DNA of 40,671 bases, taken from IMG/VR virus record IMGVR_UViG_3300050014_000199, one strand, 5' to 3'. Below, piece after piece: positions 8,023 through 15,132 of the stretch (the first letter of the stretch is position 1; each line of letters opens with the position of its first letter). Source of the DNA: a virus. The notes below the pieces were generated by a model, which saw nothing but the letters and a program-made list of their open reading frames with translations, did no database searches and was not told where the DNA came from. The position numbers and the translations under genes were made by a program.

Positions 8023-8399
8023 TCCTCCTCCTCGTCCTTCGCTTCAAGATGATACGCAAATAGCGCGCGCTTTCCGCAGTTCGGACAAAAAGTGACATTG
8101 TTGTCCTCTGGTCCCCCGTCGATAAATATCCAGGATAGGCCACACGCCGTATCCCATTCGCCGCCGTCTGCCCCTTCGCGCCACAAACAAGTGGCTGCGT
8201 TTGCATCGCGCAAAGAGACCAACTCAGCGCGCAATGTGGTAGCCTCCTCAGTGAACGCTTTGCGTAGTGCATTCAGTTCAATCCCCGCTTGCCATGCCCT
8301 GTGAAATTCATCATTGCAATTTTTCCTAAGCGCGTCGCATCTGGCATTCGCGCGATCAAGGTCGGCTTGTAAATGCGTAATCAGTTCGTTATAGCTCAT
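8019..8399 (-). CDS. coiled-coil protein with C-terminal CPNCG zinc-ribbon, 126 aa
   Basis: ATGA coupling. ...TFCPNCGKRALF near the C-terminus and an acidic tail. Confidence 0.5.
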   Translation of the reverse strand: MSYNELITHLQADLDRANARCDALRKNCNDEFHRAWQAGIELNALRKAFTEEATTLRAELVSLRDANAATCLWREGADGGEWDTACGLSWIFIDGGPEDNNVTFCPNCGKRALFAYHLEAKDEEEE

Positions 8400-8839
8400 T
8401 TCTCACTCTCCTCGGGCGCGGCGGGTAATGGCCGCCAGTGAGTGATGCCGTCGCAAATGAAGTGCGGTGGAGGACATCCCTCAATTCCATCCCCAGGGAA
8501 AAATGCCCTTAGATGTTGTTTGCGATAGGCTAAAACCAAATATATACCGTACACTTCCGGCAACCTCTCCCCTACGGGTACCCACGCATTCGCCGCGCGC
8601 AACTTTGCCAGCTCCGCGTTGACGGCAGCCAGCAAATTGTGCAAATGATCGTCTTGCGTACCAAAAGTCTCGCGCAACTGCGCCAGCTCAGCGGCCTGCG
8701 CGTCAATCCATTCGCTCGACATTTTGGACTGCGCGGCAAGTTCCACCTTCAATTCTTCGATTGTTTCACCACGAGAATCGACAATGGCGTGCAATCTTGT
8801 TATCTCAGCGACTCGATCAATATCGTCAAACATGGTCAT
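8396..8839 (-). CDS. DUF551-like protein, 147 aa
   Basis: C-terminus WVPVGERLPE...ITHWRPLPAAPE matches the DUF551 pattern (W..v.drLPe ... thWmPLPepP). ATG at 8839 shares one base with the upstream TAA and follows GAGAGAGGAA. Confidence 0.6.
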   Translation of the reverse strand: MTMFDDIDRVAEITRLHAIVDSRGETIEELKVELAAQSKMSSEWIDAQAAELAQLRETFGTQDDHLHNLLAAVNAELAKLRAANAWVPVGERLPEVYGIYLVLAYRKQHLRAFFPGDGIEGCPPPHFICDGITHWRPLPAAPEESEK

Positions 8840-9069
8840 TATTCCTCTCTCTCGGATGGCTCGGGCAAATCCTCGTATTCCACATAGCCGGTACCGTGGC
8901 ACTTTTCGCACTCGACATAATCGGGCCATGACAGGTCTACGTCAAAGTCCGGGAAAGCTCCCTGCCCGTCGCAATCCGGGCATTCCTCCCGGCGTATATC
9001 ACCACCCCATTCGCCACGGCGGGGGGCCTCAAAGTGGGGGTCCGCGGGAACATCGTAGTTTGTGTTCAT
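8839..9069 (-). CDS. DnaJ-type zinc-finger protein, 76 aa
   Basis: Two CxxCxGxG motifs: CPDCDGQG and CEKCHGTG. Confidence 0.6.
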   Translation of the reverse strand: MNTNYDVPADPHFEAPRRGEWGGDIRREECPDCDGQGAFPDFDVDLSWPDYVECEKCHGTGYVEYEDLPEPSEREE

Positions 9070-9624
9070 TCAGACCTCCTGTTTTTCGGGAACATTAAAC
9101 GACGCGAATTCGCCGAATAATTTTCTGGCGGCGGCGTCGTAAGCAAGGGCAGCCTCGTTGGGAGTTAGGTAATCTATCATTTTTATTAAGATAGTTGTAT
9201 TGTCGTTAACTAATCCAAGCGCCACATTGCATCTCCGACAAAGTAGGCCGCGTATTTTCCCGGTCTTGTGGTCGTGGTCAACACACAGGTATCCTTTTAG
9301 CGAAGTTTCTGAACTTCCGCAAGCAGCGCACAACCCACTCTGCTTTTCGAATAGGTCGTTATATTCGTCCTCTGTAATTCCGTAGTTTTTAGATAGGGCC
9401 AATTTTCGATCTCTGGTGTGCGTTTCGTTCGGGTGAGTTAGGCGATTTCTCTTTGCATAGTCCCTTGCACACTCACGCACTTTTTCTAGGTTGGCCACCC
9501 TATATTTTGCGCTTGCTATTCGACCGGTCTCTGGGTGTTCCAGGCGGTAAAGACGGTTATACTCTCGCTTATACTCCATACTTGATGCAGGATAATCGCT
9601 TTTAATTGCGTGTGTTTTTGGCAT
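9070..9624 (-). CDS. endonuclease VII family (HNH-superfamily) nuclease with AP2-like C-terminal remnant, 184 aa
   Basis: CAACG...LCVDHDHKTGKIRGLLCRRCNVALG is the Endonuclease_7 signature. C-terminal TPNEAALAYDAAARKLFGEFASFN resembles the last helix of AP2 DNA-binding domains. Confidence 0.8.
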   Translation of the reverse strand: MPKTHAIKSDYPASSMEYKREYNRLYRLEHPETGRIASAKYRVANLEKVRECARDYAKRNRLTHPNETHTRDRKLALSKNYGITEDEYNDLFEKQSGLCAACGSSETSLKGYLCVDHDHKTGKIRGLLCRRCNVALGLVNDNTTILIKMIDYLTPNEAALAYDAAARKLFGEFASFNVPEKQEV

Positions 9625-9661
9625 ATTTATTCAACCTTGCCTTGTGTGAGAGGAATTGTTT

Positions 9662-9895
9662 TCATTTCTCGCATTCCTTTATTTTTTGACAAATTGCACG
9701 AAAGGTATCCATTGCGGTCTGATCGTCGGGCAGCGTGGAATAGAACGTGTACAGTTCGACCTCACTCAGCGCACCATCCAGGATAAGGGCGGCTTCCTCG
9801 GTCTGCTCTTTCCAGTAGGGGTTGTCGGGGTTATCGAGGTTGTCGATGTTTACGCCGCGGATATCCCCGCCGCGTAATTGTTTGATGTTTGCCAT
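9662..9895 (-). CDS. hypothetical protein, 77 aa
   Basis: ATG at 9895 lies just after the upstream stop. The track start at 10009 overlaps the upstream gene. Confidence 0.45.
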   Translation of the reverse strand: MANIKQLRGGDIRGVNIDNLDNPDNPYWKEQTEEAALILDGALSEVELYTFYSTLPDDQTAMDTFRAICQKIKECEK

Positions 9896-9896
9896 G

Positions 9897-10160
9897 TCAT
9901 CCACCTTTCGCGTTGTAATCGCCATGCGGTTTAACGCCGTGGAAGTATTCGGCATAGGATTTACCGGCCTGGACTTCTTCGGGAACGGCGGCCTTGATTT
10001 CATCCTCAATTGCTACGATAAGTTCCGCCTTGATCTGTGTGCGCTTTCTGATCGCCTCTACGTGATGGGGCTGGCCATCTTCGCGCTGGCCTGAATAAAA
10101 TCCAGTATCATAGGCCGATCCAATCAGGCAATCAATTAACTCTCTGGTGCGTTGGTTCAT
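9897..10160 (-). CDS. hypothetical protein, 87 aa
   Basis: ORF in the operon orientation with GGAG upstream. Confidence 0.5.
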   Translation of the reverse strand: MNQRTRELIDCLIGSAYDTGFYSGQREDGQPHHVEAIRKRTQIKAELIVAIEDEIKAAVPEEVQAGKSYAEYFHGVKPHGDYNAKGG

Positions 10161-10217
10161 TATGTTTTCTCCAATCCGCCCAGGCTGTTACCCCTGGACG
10201 GCGGTAAGGGAATTGGA

Positions 10218-11336
10218 TTATTTAGCCGGCTTATGATCCAGGTGGTAGTCGATCAGCGCTACCACATCCTCAGGCGCCTTGTCGCCGGCAGGTCGCTCCT
10301 GCTGTAATATGCCGTCAACCTCAAAGACATTGCAGCGGGTATAACCTGCCAACATCTTGGCCCATGCCGAGGGGTATTCGTGCTTCCCGATTTTCACGCC
10401 GCGCTTGCCGTTGTTCGGATCGTAGACTTCCTCGGCGGGCGCCAGGGTCTCGTCCCATTCGGGGGTCGAGGAGGCCGGCGCGGGAGCCTGGGTAGTCTCG
10501 GGCTTGTGTCCGTTGCCGCTGGCTGGTTTCTTTTCAGGCTCATAACCCAACCTGGCCATAGCTTCCTCGACCGTGCGCTGCTCGGGTTCGACATGCGTGA
10601 CTTCGCTTTCGTCGGGTAATTCGCTGCCCCGATCAAGCCACCCTTGCGCATTCTCGATCTCGTTGACCAGATCCAGATCGCCCTGGTTGAAGCGTCCCCA
10701 CTTGCGCAGGCCGTTCACAAGGACGGTTTTGCGTTCCATCTTAGGCCGCTCGAACTTGTCATTCCACTTGGATTTGGGCGAGTTATAAGCCTTGCTGTAA
10801 CGGCGAGCGTGCTGCTCGATTTCTTCAGACGTCATGTAGAAAGTCTTTTCGAAACCGTTAAATAACTGGAAATACAGCATCCGGCCAATGACCTTGCTGT
10901 CATAAGCCTTGCGATTTCCCGTAAGCGTGTGCATCCCGGTCATGCGATTCTCTTCGACCTGCTCCCCATCGTACACGTCGATAACGTTGATAAAGCGATA
11001 ATAATTGGTACGTTGCGCCAGTTCATAAACACCCTTGTAACCCAGTTGGAATGTGGCCACGCCATTGTATGGGATAATCCAGGCCTGTCCTTGCGCCGGG
11101 TCAACGGAAAGTTTCAGGCTGGCCGCACGCATGGCTGAGATAAGGATTGACTTGGGAGAACATTTCTGGAGTTCGTCGCTATTTGCGACCAGGATCATGA
11201 CCTGATTCAGATAGTAAATCCCGTTGGTGCCCATCATGTCGGAAAAGCGCTCTTTGACCTCGGGTGACAGAATGTAATTCTTGATTGTATCCATCTGCGT
11301 GGGCTGCTGATTGGCTAATTGCTGTGTTTGTTCCAT
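10218..11336 (-). CDS. recT: RecT-family single-strand annealing protein with ~130-aa C-terminal extension
   Basis: SILISAMRAASLKLSVDP..QAWIIPYNGVATFQLGYKGVYELAQRT matches the RecT core. The C-terminal third is Pro/Glu-rich followed by an extra domain. Confidence 0.8.
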   Translation of the reverse strand: MEQTQQLANQQPTQMDTIKNYILSPEVKERFSDMMGTNGIYYLNQVMILVANSDELQKCSPKSILISAMRAASLKLSVDPAQGQAWIIPYNGVATFQLGYKGVYELAQRTNYYRFINVIDVYDGEQVEENRMTGMHTLTGNRKAYDSKVIGRMLYFQLFNGFEKTFYMTSEEIEQHARRYSKAYNSPKSKWNDKFERPKMERKTVLVNGLRKWGRFNQGDLDLVNEIENAQGWLDRGSELPDESEVTHVEPEQRTVEEAMARLGYEPEKKPASGNGHKPETTQAPAPASSTPEWDETLAPAEEVYDPNNGKRGVKIGKHEYPSAWAKMLAGYTRCNVFEVDGILQQERPAGDKAPEDVVALIDYHLDHKPAK

Positions 11337-11345
11337 TTCATCCTC

Positions 11346-11609
11346 CTAAAACATTTCAAAATAATCTGGGTTGTCGGCATTCGCCGGCATGTGGTGAACC
11401 GGCTCAATTTCTTTGGCCATCATACGCGCCGTGAATTCGGCCTCGGTTTCTTCTAGGTCTACCGCCGGCCGCATGTAGGGGAACCGCGCGTAATATTCTG
11501 CCAGCAGCGCCTTGAACTCGGGGCTGTCCTGCACCGTCAGCGCGGCCTCGGGCGTCAGCGCCAGGCTGCGGATCGGGCGGGGTTGGTAATAACCGTAACG
11601 GGCTGTCAT
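11346..11609 (-). CDS. hypothetical protein, 87 aa
   Basis: ATGA coupling with the upstream gene. Confidence 0.5.
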   Translation of the reverse strand: MTARYGYYQPRPIRSLALTPEAALTVQDSPEFKALLAEYYARFPYMRPAVDLEETEAEFTARMMAKEIEPVHHMPANADNPDYFEMF

Positions 11610-11887
11610 GATTGCTCAGCTTTGGCAATGGCGGCCTGGACACGATCAGCCACTTCTTTAGCTAGTTCTGTCGCGCCATTGCCATACTGATAACTTCTCA
11701 GCGCAGATAACGCAGATTGACACACTTCGAGCAGGTCGGGAGCGGCGGCGATAAGGAGGGCGTCGTCAATAAATTTCGGGTTGCCGGATTTGTGCAATTC
11801 ACAAATTAGTTGGGTGTCAGAGGTAACGCCTGCTATTCGTCCACTATTCGAAAGATACATTGTCCAATTTCTCTGTGTGAGTCTCAT
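11606..11887 (-). CDS. hypothetical protein, 93 aa
   Basis: ATG at 11887 makes an ATGA overlap with 11884..12078. The long track ORF 11606..12442 is this gene plus a read-through of the repeat in a wrong frame. Confidence 0.5.
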   Translation of the reverse strand: MRLTQRNWTMYLSNSGRIAGVTSDTQLICELHKSGNPKFIDDALLIAAAPDLLEVCQSALSALRSYQYGNGATELAKEVADRVQAAIAKAEQS

Positions 11888-12078
11888 GCTATCCCCCTGC
11901 TGGTCATCCACACGCTCACCGTCCCAACGCCGATCAGCGCGATCACCACCAGCCATAACACCGCCGTCCAAAACGGGATGGCGAATATGGCCGATACCCC
12001 CCAGGCTGCCAGCGCCCACAGCGCCAGCGAGAACGGGGCAAACAGGATCATGGTTTGTAACGGGTTCGTGATTTTCAT
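11884..12078 (-). CDS. small two-TM membrane protein, 64 aa
   Basis: MKITNPLQTMILFAPFSLALWALAAWGVSAIFAIPFWTAVLWLVVIALIGV. ATGA overlaps on both sides. Confidence 0.5.
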   Translation of the reverse strand: MKITNPLQTMILFAPFSLALWALAAWGVSAIFAIPFWTAVLWLVVIALIGVGTVSVWMTSRGIA

Positions 12079-12860
12079 GCTGTTGCCTCCAAATATTCCA
12101 ACATCTTCGCTGCTTGCCATTTTTCTTCGGCGGCCCTAGCGGCGTCCCTAGCGGCGTCCCCAGCGGCGTCCCCAGCGGCGTCCCAAGCGGCGGCCCTAGC
12201 GGCGGCCCTAGCGGCGTCCCTAGCGGCGGCCCAAGCGGCGTCCCTAGCGGCGGCCCAAGCGGCGGCCCTAGCGGCGGCCCTAACGGCGTCCCTAGCGGCG
12301 GCCCAAGCGGCGGCCCTAGCGGCGGCCCTAGCGGCGTCCCTAGCGGCGGCCCTAGCGGAGGCCCTAACGGCGGCCCTAGCGGCGGCCCAAGCGGCGTCCC
12401 CAGCGGCGTCCATTTCTTCGCTCGTTGCTTCTCCGAGTGCAAATCGCCTCGCGGTCTCGATGGCCTGACGCGGTCGTTTTACGTCGGGATATTCTTTCTC
12501 GTAAATCGGCAGGGTGTGCTCTGCGCAGTCGCAAGCGAATAACCGCTTTTCTTTGTCTGTCCAGCCCGCCACTTCCCAGTCGTAAATATTAGGCACCTGC
12601 CCCTGCTCTAGAATGCCTATTGCCGCATGTCGGATCAGCGCATCCCGGTCTTTGAATTGCGCGGTGATCCAGTCCTTGACGATGGTCTCAGTGTGGTCAC
12701 TTTTGTCGGGCGGTACGCGCACGGTCAGGCCGTCCTCGACAGTCCACTCGCATTCGTAACCTGGACCGTTGATGTCCGCGTGCGAATTGAGGGTCATGTC
12801 GAAGGCCAGGGTAAGACCGGTGGTGGTGGGCACAACTTTGAAGCTGATAAGTTGACACAT
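12075..12860 (-). CDS. early protein with 24 tandem x-A-A-(R/W/G) tetrapeptide repeats, 261 aa
   Basis: AGGAG then ATG at 12860. N-terminal globular part, then CAEHTLPIYEKEYPDVKRPRQAIETARRFALGE, then DAAG DAAW AAAR ... repeats encoded by the 12-bp microsatellite. Confidence 0.65.
   Translation of the reverse strand: MCQLISFKVVPTTTGLTLAFDMTLNSHADINGPGYECEWTVEDGLTVRVPPDKSDHTETIVKDWITAQFKDRDALIRHAAIGILEQGQVPNIYDWEVAGWTDKEKRLFACDCAEHTLPIYEKEYPDVKRPRQAIETARRFALGEATSEEMDAAGDAAWAAARAAVRASARAAARDAARAAARAAAWAAARDAVRAAARAAAWAAARDAAWAAARDAARAAARAAAWDAAGDAAGDAARDAARAAEEKWQAAKMLEYLEATA
12129..12410. repeat. 12-bp tandem repeat, ~23-24 units of GGCG(G/T)CCC(T/A/C)AGC
   Basis: Units counted directly from 12129 onward. 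The last unit is degenerate. Confidence 0.95.
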
Positions 12861-12861
12861 A

Positions 12862-13110
12862 TTATTTTCTCCTAGAATTTGTTTCCTGTCGGTTCGCTCT
12901 GGAAAAACATGTTTCGGCGACGATATCGTAGCTTTCACCGGCCAAGATGAGCTCATCGCCCTCTTTCCAGACGACCTGATTATGACCGTACCGGATAGTA
13001 GCTCCGATACCCAATAAACTAACTACCGCCGCGGCAGTGGTCGGTTCTTTACAAGCCGCCTGATAATTTTTTTCTGCGTCATATACTTTCCAATCGGGTG
13101 ATCTAGCCAT
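12862..13110 (-). CDS. first gene of the leftward early operon, hypothetical, 82 aa
   Basis: AGGAGG RBS 6 nt before the ATG at 13110, directly downstream of the PL-like promoter. Confidence 0.55.
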   Translation of the reverse strand: MARSPDWKVYDAEKNYQAACKEPTTAAAVVSLLGIGATIRYGHNQVVWKEGDELILAGESYDIVAETCFSRANRQETNSRRK

Positions 13111-13152
13111 GTGGTGCCTCCTGAATTAATCAATGATGAATTTCTATCCACA

Positions 13153-13181
13153 ATAATAGCACGTAATATTTATATTGTCAA
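13153..13181 (-). promoter_or_regulatory. leftward early promoter (PL-like): TTGACA-17-TATTAT
   Basis: Minus strand reads TGTGGATAaatattccctaTTGACAatataaatattacgtgcTATTATTGTGGATAg. TGTGGATA boxes (13193-13200 and 13145-13152 on plus coordinates) bracket it. Confidence 0.65.
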
Positions 13182-13192
13182 TAGGGAATATT
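13179..13192. promoter_or_regulatory. 14-mer CAATAGGGAATATT (inverted copy of 14334..14347), candidate operator/UP element
   Basis: Exact reverse complement of AATATTCCCTATTG at 14334-14347. In both places it abuts or overlaps the -35 hexamer. Confidence 0.5.
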
Positions 13193-13213
13193 TATCCACA
13201 TTGAATATATAAC

Positions 13214-13234
13214 AAAAAACCGCCCGAAAGCGGT
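13214..13234 (-). terminator. rho-independent terminator after 13253..13558
   Basis: Plus strand AAAAAACCGC-ccgaaa-GCGGT. On the minus strand the hairpin is followed by TTTTTT. Confidence 0.65.
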
Positions 13235-13252
13235 TATGGAATTCGTACTAAA

Positions 13253-13558
13253 TTATCGTTGGCTCTGAACTATGACCTCAACCGGATCGTATATTTCCCC
13301 CCCGGGTTCGGCTGGCCTCCCGTGAGTGGACCAACCCAAATAACCCAATGCCCCCCTGGCAGCTTTATAGGCTGCATAATCCTCTTTTGCTTGCGCCCGC
13401 GCCACAAGTCTTCCGGCTGGCAACTTGCCAACCGCAAAACCTTTCAACTCAACCAATCCCCGTTCGTCGGTGGTGGGCATCATGGCCCGCAGCAGATCGG
13501 CGGCCTCCTGGCCGGTATCGCATGTAATTTCTGTCACCGTTTGCTTGATTTTTATCAT
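13253..13558 (-). CDS. hypothetical protein, 101 aa (between repressor cassette and PL)
   Basis: GGAGG 5 nt upstream of the ATG at 13558. Its own terminator follows. Visibly more GC-rich than its AT-rich flanks. Confidence 0.55.
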   Translation of the reverse strand: MIKIKQTVTEITCDTGQEAADLLRAMMPTTDERGLVELKGFAVGKLPAGRLVARAQAKEDYAAYKAARGALGYLGWSTHGRPAEPGGEIYDPVEVIVQSQR

Positions 13559-13694
13559 TGCGCCTCCGTAAATCATTATACCCTATCTTTACAGGCGCGC
13601 TGAATAATCACCGTCGATGATTATCTATCGGCTATTATACTTGTCGCCATCATCGGCATGTTTATTTTGGACGGCGATATTTCACCGTCAATGT

Positions 13695-13925
13695 TTATTT
13701 AACGAGTAGCTTACTTGCCCCCCAGCCAAAAGCATAACCCATGATAATGACTTCACAAAAAATAAAAAACATATAAGATGTGGCCGCCATGATTAGGCGG
13801 CCACTTTTGCGAATTTTCAGGTAATAAATAAACCCGACAACGTAAATTTTCCCTGCCAGGCTAAGTTGTTCCCAATAATATTCCAAAAAATCATGGAATG
13901 TGTTCCTCGGACCCGTTGGTATCAT
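13695..13925 (-). CDS. small two-TM membrane protein downstream of the repressor, 76 aa
   Basis: IYVVGFIYYL and LIMAATSYMFFIFCEVIIMGYAFGWGA are hydrophobic spans. Overlaps the repressor 3' end by 35 nt. Confidence 0.45.
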   Translation of the reverse strand: MIPTGPRNTFHDFLEYYWEQLSLAGKIYVVGFIYYLKIRKSGRLIMAATSYMFFIFCEVIIMGYAFGWGASKLLVK

Positions 13926-14262
13926 CTGCTCTCCCTTTTATCTTTAATAATATCACCTTTTTGAGATCATCCAGTTCTTTTTCGCTAAGACCCTCCGTTA
14001 TTTCCTCCACAAAACCTAAAAATTCAGTGTACGGAATTACAGTCGGCTTGACGCCAAGTATACCGTAAATCTCCGGGCCAAACTTCTTCGCTACCTTTGC
14101 TATCCCCGCCGATTCAGGATCTACCCCTTCCAACCATACCGATAATGTGGATTGACTCACCCCCAGGTATCGCGCATATTTGCTTTGATTAATGCGCTTA
14201 GGACTGTCTTTCTCCATCTCCAGCCATTTTGCTTTTAAGTATTTCGAAAACTTAATAGACAT
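13891..14262 (-). CDS. XRE/Cro-CI family HTH transcriptional repressor, 123 aa, no peptidase domain
   Basis: INQSKYARYLGVSQSTLSVWLEG is a classic HTH_3 motif. Divergent from the rightward early operon. Confidence 0.8.
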   Translation of the reverse strand: MSIKFSKYLKAKWLEMEKDSPKRINQSKYARYLGVSQSTLSVWLEGVDPESAGIAKVAKKFGPEIYGILGVKPTVIPYTEFLGFVEEITEGLSEKELDDLKKVILLKIKGRADDTNGSEEHIP

Positions 14263-14333
14263 TTTATCCTCCAGTTATCTCGTGTTGTTGGCACCCTCCC
14301 CCGTTGACAATCCCATTATATGCGATATTGCTG

Positions 14334-14347
14334 AATATTCCCTATTG
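14334..14347. promoter_or_regulatory. 14-mer AATATTCCCTATTG (inverted copy of 13179..13192)
   Basis: See 13179..13192. Overlaps the -35 of the rightward promoter. Confidence 0.5.
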
Positions 14348-14372
14348 CTTTTATAAATATGTGTGGTAAAAT
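14344..14372 (+). promoter_or_regulatory. rightward early promoter (PR-like) with extended -10: TTGCTT-16-TGgTAAAAT
   Basis: TTGCTT at 14345-14350 and tgGTAAAAT ending at 14372, about 44 nt upstream of the ATG at 14416. A minus-strand TATAAT (14315-14320) lies back to back and may serve the repressor gene. Confidence 0.5.
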
Positions 14373-14415
14373 GTATTCAACGATAAATATTTAGCATTAA
14401 TAAAAAGGAGCATAA

Positions 14416-14643
14416 ATGGAAGAAGAAAACGAAAGTAAACCGACAACTATTTTGACCAACAGGGAATTTAGAGCCGTGATTCAAGACGTTTGCAAATATC
14501 ACAACTCTAGTTTCTCAGGGATGACCCGGATGCTTTTCCGGCGAGAGCTGGAGCGCATTCAATCCATGGGCTTCCACGCCCCCCTGGTGGCGGTCGTGCC
14601 CGAGACCAGCAAAGAGCCAGCAACCGAAACTGCCAATAACTAA
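14416..14643 (+). CDS. first rightward early gene (cro position), hypothetical, 75 aa
   Basis: AAGGAG RBS. Function suggested by position only. Confidence 0.55.
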   Translation: MEEENESKPTTILTNREFRAVIQDVCKYHNSSFSGMTRMLFRRELERIQSMGFHAPLVAVVPETSKEPATETANN

Positions 14644-14719
14644 TCACCATAATATTTCACCTCCACTTACTTATCAGTTTAAGCCAGGTGGAGTATTTGT
14701 CACAAAGTTAGAGGGCCAA

Positions 14720-14815
14720 ATGCCACGTAAATTGAAACTCGTTTTTCTAACGGGTTTTGTGAGCATCGCAGCCGTCATAATGCTAATCGGTTATCTCTGG
14801 GTGGTGATGAAATGA
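14720..14815 (+). CDS. small hydrophobic peptide, 31 aa (below the track cut-off)
   Basis: GAGGG RBS 5 nt upstream. MPRKLKLVFLTGFVSIAAVIMLIGYLWVVMK. ATGA overlap with the next gene. Confidence 0.4.
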   Translation: MPRKLKLVFLTGFVSIAAVIMLIGYLWVVMK

Positions 14816-15132
14816 ATATCATATTTGCAATTGCAATGGGCGGCGCGTTTATCGCCGGGGGTGCATTGACGGCCCTGTATTTCTGGTTTGACCAAAACGA
14901 AAAGCGAATCGCCAGCCTGGAAGCGCAACTCGCAAAAAAAGAGCATACGGTTTCTACCAGCGCGGGTGTAATGGATTCTATCTCGTGTTTACTCAATGCA
15001 AAGTCAGAGGCAGAGGTTATGAATCTGTGGATAGATAAAGCCTCTAGAATTTTGGGCGTCGTTAATTCAGGACCAAGGGCATACGATCCAGAGACGCCAG
15101 CCGGGATGCGGCCAAAGGGGAAGGGGAAATAA
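14812..15132 (+). CDS. N-terminally anchored coiled-coil protein, 106 aa
   Basis: IIFAIAMGGAFIAGGALTALYFWF TM span followed by a heptad-like region. Confidence 0.55.
   Translation: MNIIFAIAMGGAFIAGGALTALYFWFDQNEKRIASLEAQLAKKEHTVSTSAGVMDSISCLLNAKSEAEVMNLWIDKASRILGVVNSGPRAYDPETPAGMRPKGKGK

Noticed and set aside
12129-12410. Possible CRISPR array
   Set aside because: The units are 12 bp and directly abutting with no spacers. They lie inside a coding frame with 4-codon periodicity.
11606-12542. Long ORFs encoding (PLGP/PLGT)n on the minus strand and (PSGV/PSGG)n on the plus strand, looking collagen-like
   Set aside because: These are alternative frames through the 12-bp repeat. Outside the repeat they lack start contexts. 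The ATGA-coupled partition (11606..11887, 11884..12078, 12075..12860) explains the region better.
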